Assembly (NCBI GenBank): GCA_020184695.1
Contig: JAANOX010000039.1
Span: forward strand, 14,912-78,911
DNA length: 64,000 nt
Source of the DNA: Histomonas meleagridis 2922-C6/04-290x
Taxonomy: Eukaryota; Protista; Parabasalia
Direction of reading: 5' to 3'
Positions 56,439-64,000 of the stretch are shown piece after piece; positions within the stretch are counted from its first letter, which is position 1; each line of letters begins with the position of its first letter. The notes beneath the pieces are model-generated. The model saw only the letters and a list, made by a program, of their open reading frames with translations, was not told the origin of the DNA and did not search any database. The translations under genes and the position numbers were made by a program.

Positions 56439-57146
56439 ATGGAAACAATTTTTGCATTTGAAGATCTTTCTGAGGAAGATCACCAAATTTTTACATTAAA
56501 ATATTCTGGAGGTGATATAACAAATAAGGTTTGTATTTGTTCTGTTACACCTTCGTCCTGTTCATTAATATCAGCAATTACTGAAAATTTAAATTTGATG
56601 CCAATAGGATATTTTGTCATTACAACTAATGATATCACAAACCCCATTGATTATTCAAATGGAAAAGAGCCAGTTTTACAATTCGTTCGATCTATTAGGA
56701 ATGAAGTTTTCAAATTTAATAATGTCACACTAATCTCGTTTGAAAGACCTGAGTTATGTACAAGAGAATGTGTTGATACAATTTTTGAACTCGTTAAACC
56801 TGAAAGAATTATTGTTCTAGATTCAATCAATCAAAAAGATTTTCATGGAGAAGTAGAAGCACCAACGTTGTTTTACCTCTCAAGAAAAAATAAAGAGAAA
56901 AAACTTCCAATTAACAATAAGGTTTTTAATATTTCCGCTGGGCTGCTTCTATTTGGAGAGATCAAAGATGTTGACGTGGAAGTATGTTGCGTTGTAGAAA
57001 CATTAAACGGTGCTTCAGCCGAATCAATCAAGTTATGGGCAGATTCATTCAATGATATCATTCAAGTTGATACTGCTCAAATATCACAACATTCATTTCA
57101 CATTGCCAAAATTCGCGAAGCAAACATGGGTGGTGTTTACTCATAA
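56439..57146 (+). CDS. Proteasome assembly chaperone PAC1/PSMG1-like
   Basis: PERIIVLDSI, LPINNKVFNISAGLLLFGEI and C-terminal HbYX motif (VYS). Confidence 0.55.
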   Translation: METIFAFEDLSEEDHQIFTLKYSGGDITNKVCICSVTPSSCSLISAITENLNLMPIGYFVITTNDITNPIDYSNGKEPVLQFVRSIRNEVFKFNNVTLISFERPELCTRECVDTIFELVKPERIIVLDSINQKDFHGEVEAPTLFYLSRKNKEKKLPINNKVFNISAGLLLFGEIKDVDVEVCCVVETLNGASAESIKLWADSFNDIIQVDTAQISQHSFHIAKIREANMGGVYS

Positions 57147-57205
57147 TTATTTTTGTAAAAACATGTTTTTTATTTTTTCGTATTGACCGTTAATTTTTAT
57201 TCTTT

Positions 57206-57733
57206 ATGACAAACAAAGAAATCACAGAATTAAGAAGATTAGGAGATTATTTAATCGAACTTTTAAGATCAAACCCAGAATATTTACAAGACTCAATTAA
57301 AAATCTTGAAAATTTGTCTGATATCTTATCACAACCAATAATTACAACTGCAAATTTTAATACAAAAAATAATGTAGGTGATGAAGCATCTCTTCTTGGT
57401 ATTATAAGCAACTCATTAGACAAAACACAACTTAACAATTCTGAATTTTCAGAAGAAACAATCAGAATCGCAACACGCCTAAGAAATTTCGATTGGAAAA
57501 AAAGTAGGCCGTGGAAGGAAATCCAAAGGATTTTTGGATCTAGCATTTCTTTAGCTGAACTCAAGATTCTTTCATCTAATCTTGCTAAAGATGCTCAAAT
57601 CACCCAAGACAGGGATGCCAAACGTCGCAAATCAGTGATGATCAAATGGATGGATGAGAATTGGGAATTACTTTCTCCTCATCTTCACAATTATTCTTTT
57701 GACGGAAAAAATGTCATTCGAAAATCAACATAG
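57206..57733 (+). CDS. Hypothetical protein with basic RDAKRRK...KWxxxNW motif
   Basis: 175-aa ATG ORF; C-terminal helix QDRDAKRRKSVMIKWMDENW. Confidence 0.65.
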   Translation: MTNKEITELRRLGDYLIELLRSNPEYLQDSIKNLENLSDILSQPIITTANFNTKNNVGDEASLLGIISNSLDKTQLNNSEFSEETIRIATRLRNFDWKKSRPWKEIQRIFGSSISLAELKILSSNLAKDAQITQDRDAKRRKSVMIKWMDENWELLSPHLHNYSFDGKNVIRKST

Positions 57734-57891
57734 CAATAACACTCTGTATTAATTCCTTCATTTCCTAATGTTTTTAATCACTTTTTACATTTTAAATTAC
57801 ATTTTTCTATCGTGCGCCAAAATGGAAATAAATCTCTGAAAAACCACTTTTTGAGTTCTCAATAGAAATTTTGAATGTGCGATAGATTTAT

Positions 57892-59586
57892 TTAATGAAT
57901 TTTTCCATCAAGAAAATCATCTTTTTCTTGTTGATCTATTTCTTCCTTTTTCTTTTCTTCTGTTTCATCGTCGGCCATTGTCTGCATTCTTTCCTTTCTT
58001 GATTTCTTATTTTCTTTTAACAATTTCTTCTCTTCATTTTCTATTTTTTCGATTTCTTCATTTTTTATATTAATTTTTTCTCTTCTGTTTTTCTTTTCTT
58101 TGTTTTTCTTATTTGCTTTTCTTAATTTTCCGATCAAGAACCAAATTAAGTCAATTGAAACAGCGCCCATGACCAATAATAATTGGAAATGTGAACGAAC
58201 ATAAATTATTAATCGATTAATATAATTTAATTTAAACATTTTAAAGAAATAACTTAGTTCAAAATCAAGATTAAAATCATCCGGAAGTTTAATCTTTTCA
58301 TTATCTTCGATTTTATCAAAATCATTAATGAATTCTTGAAGATTATTCGGTTCATAATTATCATTGTTGATCGGAACATAATATTTTTCTTTGGTATTAA
58401 TGAAAACCCATTGATTAATTGAAATGTTTAAGGATTTAAGTGATGAAGAAGAACTACTTACAAAATAGGTCGAAAATTTATATGTTGATAAAGAGCGAAT
58501 TAAATCTTTAGATCCTTCCCCATAACGTACTAAACATTTGGGTGAACATTCGCTTTGGAAATTGTAACGATGCAAACGCATCATAATGGGGTACCCCAAA
58601 TCAACGAGCGTGTTTTGGAGTGGTTTAATGGAAGTGAAATATGTTGGACTTGAAAGGCTGTGGCGAAACATTAAGTAAGTTGGGAAAGAATTAACTTTGT
58701 ACTTGGAAAGAAGAGATTTGGCGGTTTTCGGAATTAATGCAAATGTAACATTTTTGTGGAATAAATGGGCAAGATAATTGTACTGAATGCTGGGTTGGGG
58801 TGTGGAAGCAAATTGGATGACTTTAATTGAACCCATTGAATCATTCATAAAATCATCAAATTCTTTCTCTGTATTGATAATATTCACAGAACAACTCCAA
58901 TGGGAAGCAAGAAATTGTGAAATTTGACGAACTTGCGTGATTTTGTATGGAATATAATCGGAAATTTTGCCTTGCTCGGTTTTCTTGTAATAAAGAATTG
59001 TTGGCATCCCTTCAGCTCCTAGGTCCTTAGCAAGGCTAGCACTGTAAGCAACATCAATTCTGACGCATTTGCAATACTTTTGATATCTTTCTGCAAATTT
59101 TTCAAAGATTTGAAGAGTCTGTTGGCATTCAGGACATGCCATTGAACTATAAACTAAAAACAATATTTCGTTTCCATCGGAAATAAAACTTTCATAATTA
59201 ACAACTGTTGCAAGTGGTGTCTTTGGTTCAATATGAATGTTATCTGATTGAGCAAAAAAGTGTTCGTCAGAGTCTGCAAATGGGTTCTCTGATTTTGATG
59301 AAGTTGTTGGTATTTCGTCAGCAATTGATCCAAAACGATCATAAAGTGCTTTCCTATCTGGATCGTTTAAAAGCTCATAAGCATCATTGATTTTCACCCA
59401 CTTTGCTGTGGTATCTTCATTTTTATTTAAATCTGGATGATATTTCATTGTAAGTTTTCTAAATGAAGCTTTAATTTCTTGTCTTGTTGCTGACTTAGGA
59501 ACATCGAGTATTTTGTAAGGGTCATCACCTTGTTTAAGAGTTGATAAACCGGTAACAATAAACAGAAAAAGGAGATGGAAGAGCAT
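57892..59586 (-). CDS. ER-type DnaJ/thioredoxin-fold membrane protein (DNAJC16/10-like)
   Basis: Signal peptide, J domain with HPD, Trx-like CPEC, C-terminal TM segment and charged tail. Confidence 0.82.
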   Translation of the reverse strand: MLFHLLFLFIVTGLSTLKQGDDPYKILDVPKSATRQEIKASFRKLTMKYHPDLNKNEDTTAKWVKINDAYELLNDPDRKALYDRFGSIADEIPTTSSKSENPFADSDEHFFAQSDNIHIEPKTPLATVVNYESFISDGNEILFLVYSSMACPECQQTLQIFEKFAERYQKYCKCVRIDVAYSASLAKDLGAEGMPTILYYKKTEQGKISDYIPYKITQVRQISQFLASHWSCSVNIINTEKEFDDFMNDSMGSIKVIQFASTPQPSIQYNYLAHLFHKNVTFALIPKTAKSLLSKYKVNSFPTYLMFRHSLSSPTYFTSIKPLQNTLVDLGYPIMMRLHRYNFQSECSPKCLVRYGEGSKDLIRSLSTYKFSTYFVSSSSSSLKSLNISINQWVFINTKEKYYVPINNDNYEPNNLQEFINDFDKIEDNEKIKLPDDFNLDFELSYFFKMFKLNYINRLIIYVRSHFQLLLVMGAVSIDLIWFLIGKLRKANKKNKEKKNRREKINIKNEEIEKIENEEKKLLKENKKSRKERMQTMADDETEEKKKEEIDQQEKDDFLDGKIH

Positions 59587-59954
59587 TATAGTACGATTAT
59601 TTATAATTGAATTTATTTTCGGCCGATCAAATTTAACTTTGGAATCTTAATTTGAATCTTTTTTGTTTCTGTTTAATTTGCATAGAAGAATCAAGTGAAA
59701 ATAACATTGATTTGTTAAATGGATTTCAAAACTTAAAATTTTTTTTTTTCTAAAATTGTAGCTAATCATGATTTCAAAAACCAAATAAAATTTATTTGTT
59801 AAAACATCTTCAATTTATTCACAAGAATATTTTTTACTTGCTAATTAACTTTAACATATTTATTTTAGCGAGAGTATTCCAATATTTAATTAAAAAAATT
59901 ATAGTAATTAAAGGAACCATTTAAGCCGCAAAAGCAAAATAGTTTTTGATTTTA

Positions 59955-62111
59955 ATGGATCCATTTGATGACATTATATGTATTTTGGATAAAATTATGT
60001 TAAAGCCATATGAACAAGACAAAAGTATGAAAAAAGAGATTATCGGGTTTCAATTTCTGAATGTTCAAGCTGCTCTTTTACAACATCAAAAGAAACTACA
60101 AGAACTTCAAAAAGAAAAGATCAATGAACTTCAATGTTTAAATCAAAGTGCTGCAACTATTAAAGAAAAGTTTTGTAGCGATTTTAAAGTTATTGATTCA
60201 AATCTTACAAATATATATTTACAATCAAAATGTTTATCTGAGAATAGCTCAAAACTTTCCACTGAATTTACATATATTACAGATCTTCTGGAAACAGCAA
60301 CATCTATTGTTAGAAAGGCCGATACAATAATTACCTATTTAGAATGTATACAAATATTTAACTCAGATAAGGATCTAAATACCACTCTTTCCAAAATCAA
60401 TAAAATATTACCAACAGAAAATACATATTTAATTGCAGAATATATATCAAAATTAATCAAAATAATTGATCTAACAGAAGGAAAATCAAATGTGGAAATT
60501 GCAAAGAATAATTTGGATGAATATAGAAAAATATTATCTAATCAACTACTCAATAAATTTAAGGAGATGCTTACACAAGATTCGTATGAATTACAAGAAC
60601 TTTCTGATATTATAAAATCCCTTTCATTCTTAGGGATAGGACAAGAAGCAATTAGGGTCTATATTAATATGTTTCCTTTATTTACTCAAAAAAATTATAT
60701 TGAATTACATTTTAATGAGGAAATTTTAAAGCAGCCTATAGATATTATTTATGAAAAATTTGATATATTTTGTAACGCTATTATAAAAGAATGTAGAAAG
60801 GCTTGGGAATTTATTGATGTCATATTCGATCCTGTTCAACAAGTAAAACTGAAATTGCTTCGCTGTATTTTTGGTCAACTTGTTTCAAATTTTGTTTCCG
60901 AAGTTCTTAACTACTTTATGAGAGAAAATTCGTCTGTATTTTGTATCATGATACATGAAATGTATAAAAGAACCAAAGAAATGTTGGAAGAGATATGGAG
61001 ACTTGATAGTAAGCAATATTCCTCTCTTAATCTTATTGATAAAGTGTTTCGTGATTTCCAACAAATTTATGGAGAATATGAAATATGTGTGCTTCGTGAA
61101 TCAATGGAAAAAATTATTGAAGAACCAATGAATCAACTCGAAAAATTAGGAAATACTAACATTATCTCAAAGTTATTAAAAAATGATGAAGTTATAGATC
61201 CTTTTTTATTATTTGATGAAACTGTATATTCTAAGATTTTGAGCATTGCTAATGAATCATGGGAAAGATGTGCTCTATTATCTCTTCCTGAAGAAATGGA
61301 GAAAAACATGATAAGCATTATAACATGTTTTCTTGACAAATCATTGTGTGTCTATATTGAGGGATTTGTGAAAAGCTGTTCTCAATATCTTATGAATTTT
61401 GATGATTGTAGATATATAGAATCATATTTAAAAATATTATTGGTGATAAACTCATCTATTTTATTACTTGAAGAAAAATATGTAAATTCATTCAAAGCTA
61501 TACTTATTCATCATTCAACAGCTCATGCTAGATTTAATAGATCTAAAGCAAAATTTATTGAAAAACTTGAAAAAGAAATTGAAAAAGGATTATCAAATTG
61601 TGTCGATTTAATTATATCCAATACTCGAAAAATACTTTCTAATAAACAACAAAAAACAGACTTTCTCGACAAACAAATAGAACATAAAGCAACTAAAGCA
61701 TGCAAATTATTTTGTGATTTTTTTGAGAAATTGGTAAACGAAACAAAAAACTGTATTTCTGGCGAAAATAAAATAAAGTTTTATACAATTATTGGGAAAA
61801 GAATAATCAAGGAATTAAAAGCACATTTTCTACAATATAAATACAATGCATTTGGAGTGGTAACATTAAATATTGATATACATGAATACAGTAAAACTCT
61901 TGCTTTATTAGAAATTGAAGAGTTAAACAAAGAAATCAAATCCATTCAAATTGGAATTAAAGTAATGACAATGGATCTGGAAAATATAAAAGAAAATATT
62001 TCTGAAATTCTTCCAAAATTTGCTTTTGAATTTACGAAAAAGATTTTATCACACAAAATTGGCATGAAAGAATCTTTGATAAATAACATGTTTAAGCAAA
62101 AAAATAAGTAA
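59955..62111 (+). CDS. SEC10: Exocyst subunit Sec10
   Basis: N-terminal coiled coil; C-terminal QQKTDFL...ATKAC...ISGEN...IG.RI...L..HF....YN..G....DI.EY pattern. Confidence 0.8.
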   Translation: MDPFDDIICILDKIMLKPYEQDKSMKKEIIGFQFLNVQAALLQHQKKLQELQKEKINELQCLNQSAATIKEKFCSDFKVIDSNLTNIYLQSKCLSENSSKLSTEFTYITDLLETATSIVRKADTIITYLECIQIFNSDKDLNTTLSKINKILPTENTYLIAEYISKLIKIIDLTEGKSNVEIAKNNLDEYRKILSNQLLNKFKEMLTQDSYELQELSDIIKSLSFLGIGQEAIRVYINMFPLFTQKNYIELHFNEEILKQPIDIIYEKFDIFCNAIIKECRKAWEFIDVIFDPVQQVKLKLLRCIFGQLVSNFVSEVLNYFMRENSSVFCIMIHEMYKRTKEMLEEIWRLDSKQYSSLNLIDKVFRDFQQIYGEYEICVLRESMEKIIEEPMNQLEKLGNTNIISKLLKNDEVIDPFLLFDETVYSKILSIANESWERCALLSLPEEMEKNMISIITCFLDKSLCVYIEGFVKSCSQYLMNFDDCRYIESYLKILLVINSSILLLEEKYVNSFKAILIHHSTAHARFNRSKAKFIEKLEKEIEKGLSNCVDLIISNTRKILSNKQQKTDFLDKQIEHKATKACKLFCDFFEKLVNETKNCISGENKIKFYTIIGKRIIKELKAHFLQYKYNAFGVVTLNIDIHEYSKTLALLEIEELNKEIKSIQIGIKVMTMDLENIKENISEILPKFAFEFTKKILSHKIGMKESLINNMFKQKNK

Positions 62112-62724
62112 ACTATTTTAAATTCATTTAAATTTATAAAATTTCTTTAAGAGAATATTTACAATTTATAAATTCCATTTTATAAGAATTTTATAATTTT
62201 ATAAGAAAATTATTTTTTTGACAAAAATTATTATAAAAAACATTGACTCAATAATAAAAATTATAAATTTCTATTTTTTGCGCCGGCCACCAAAATTTGA
62301 CCATTGGAAGCTAAAAAGTGGACACACAAATACATGTTTACTGGGAATCGATAAAAATTATGTCTTTTTGATTGCTTTACATCGGCGACCGTTTATTTGG
62401 AGACTAATAATTCAAGGCATTACCAAAAGCATAAACTCATTCATAAATACTCATAAGAGTTCAAATATAACAAAACCTTCTTAAAATAAGGTACTTTCAC
62501 TTTCTTTTTTCAGATATTTGAGAGAAAAAGAAGATTGAATCAACTCAATAGAGGGAATAATATTCCACATTTTTTTAAGAAAATAGGGATAATAATGAAA
62601 CAAGCTTGTAATGACAATACGGTTTCAATCAAATTTAAGATCGTAAGCCATAATTGAATTTAAAAATTTGACTATTTGAGGTTAAAAGTTTACAAATTTT
62701 TTTCGCAAATAATTTTTCATTTTT

Positions 62725-63815
62725 ATGGAAAATCAAACTGGTGAAAAAGACATCAGTCAAAACATTCGTGACGAGTTGGAAACATTATTATTAATTAAGC
62801 AAACAATTTTTAATTTAAATAAAGAAAACATTTCTCAAGCTTCAACTTTAATATTTAACAAATTTGATGAAAATTATTCCTTACCCTTTAGCATTTTGAT
62901 TATCCAAATGATACATATTTTATATATTGTGAAATCAAGTGATCTTTATTTGTATTTTAATTTTATGAAAGAAATTGAGGCGTTAGAAAAGAGTCACAAA
63001 AGCAAATATTCTTTTTTTTTTGATATATTCACAAATTTTCTTCTTAATAAAAAAAAAAAAATTTGAAGCTTATTATCTTATTGAGTACTTGTTTATTAAC
63101 AAAATAGTTGATTTTGAAATTTTTGAAAATCTCCACGACAAATATTTTCTTCATCATAAGCATCCCGAAGATATTAATAAATTATTGGAACATACAAAAT
63201 TTGGAGATAAAATTAAAGAAAATTATGATGAACTTTCAAAAAATGATTGGGAACTTCATAAGAAGTTAATTGAAGAAGGAGTTAATCCATCAAAAATTGC
63301 GATGATAATTCGAAATGATGAAATAGAAAAACTCCAAGAAATATCATCACAAAATGAATTTGATTTTAACCAAACTATTGAGCGATCACTTTATGAAAGA
63401 TACACATATATTAATCAAGAAGATGTAACATTAATTGATTATGCTGCATATTTTGGATTCAATGTTTTAAATATTTACTTATGAATGGTGCAAATGTAAG
63501 TAACACAGATGATTATGCAGTTGCAGGTGGAAATCTTGAAATCATTCATTTGTGTGAACAATATTTCAAACACCACTTATTAAAGCATCTGAAAAAGGTT
63601 ATACAGGAATAGTAAAATTACTTCTCGAGCAAAAAGGAATTAATATCAACGCTAAACATATTAATTTGTTTGATTTCTTATTTCATAATAATTTTCGGGA
63701 AAAATTTATATTATTTAAAACAGCATTTATGATTGCACAACAAAATGGTCACACAGAAGTAGCTGAATTAATTCATGAAATATCAACAAAAAAATCATCT
63801 TGTAAACATAGTTAA
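62725..63815 (+). pseudogene. DUF3447/ankyrin-repeat gene, locus 5: internally deleted, one spacer
   Basis: Frameshifts at the A10 run (63051-60) and near 63460. HLCEQ is fused directly to the 3' end of a spacer near 63560. The last ankyrin block starts at 63720 and ends at TAA 63813-15. Confidence 0.72.
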
Positions 63816-64000
63816 ACATTCAATTAAAATTTTTATATGTTTTAAAGAATCATAAAAATTCTTTTAGCATTTTTTAATATGATTTGAGAATTATTTCTTA
63901 TATAAAAGTAAATATTTCCAATCATTTACTTTTTTATTTCATGGGGTTAATCCATTGTCATGTATCTGAATTATGTGTAGATCCGAAGATATAATTTTTA

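Overview
AT-rich eukaryotic DNA with dense, apparently intron-poor genes. Gene content (DUF3447/ankyrin family, BspA-like LRR surface protein, Inr/M3/M5-like promoter motifs) points to a parabasalid protist, probably Tritrichomonas-like (inference). It carries about 28 ordinary genes (trafficking, chromatin, ER, ribosome), two decayed Tc1/mariner elements with TIRs and TA duplications, and a stop-split divergent Hsp70. The main discovery concerns five paralogous DUF3447-ankyrin loci (5845-9141 +, 14772-17070 +, 40557-42468 +, 48293-50903 -, 62725-63815 +). In all five, every ankyrin repeat is interrupted at the same position, between NAKD-I and TAL, by an AT-rich spacer that is usually 80 nt, breaks the frame and has no usable GT-AG. 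I hand-counted 25 complete spacers plus one disrupted by a mariner. Each has the form [Ile codon]-gap1-[Phe-Gly-x triplets]-gap2-[Thr-Ala-Leu]. Gap1 is 51 nt in 16 of 25; gap2 is 17 nt in 23 of the 24 followed by another repeat. The Gly triplet uses all four GGN codons. Skipping both gaps restores canonical ankyrin loops (DIFGWTAL, DVFGRTAL). This suggests an unrecognised non-canonical splicing, ribosomal bypass or deletion-editing system. The geometry is seen directly in the sequence; the mechanism is a hypothesis. All counts are manual.
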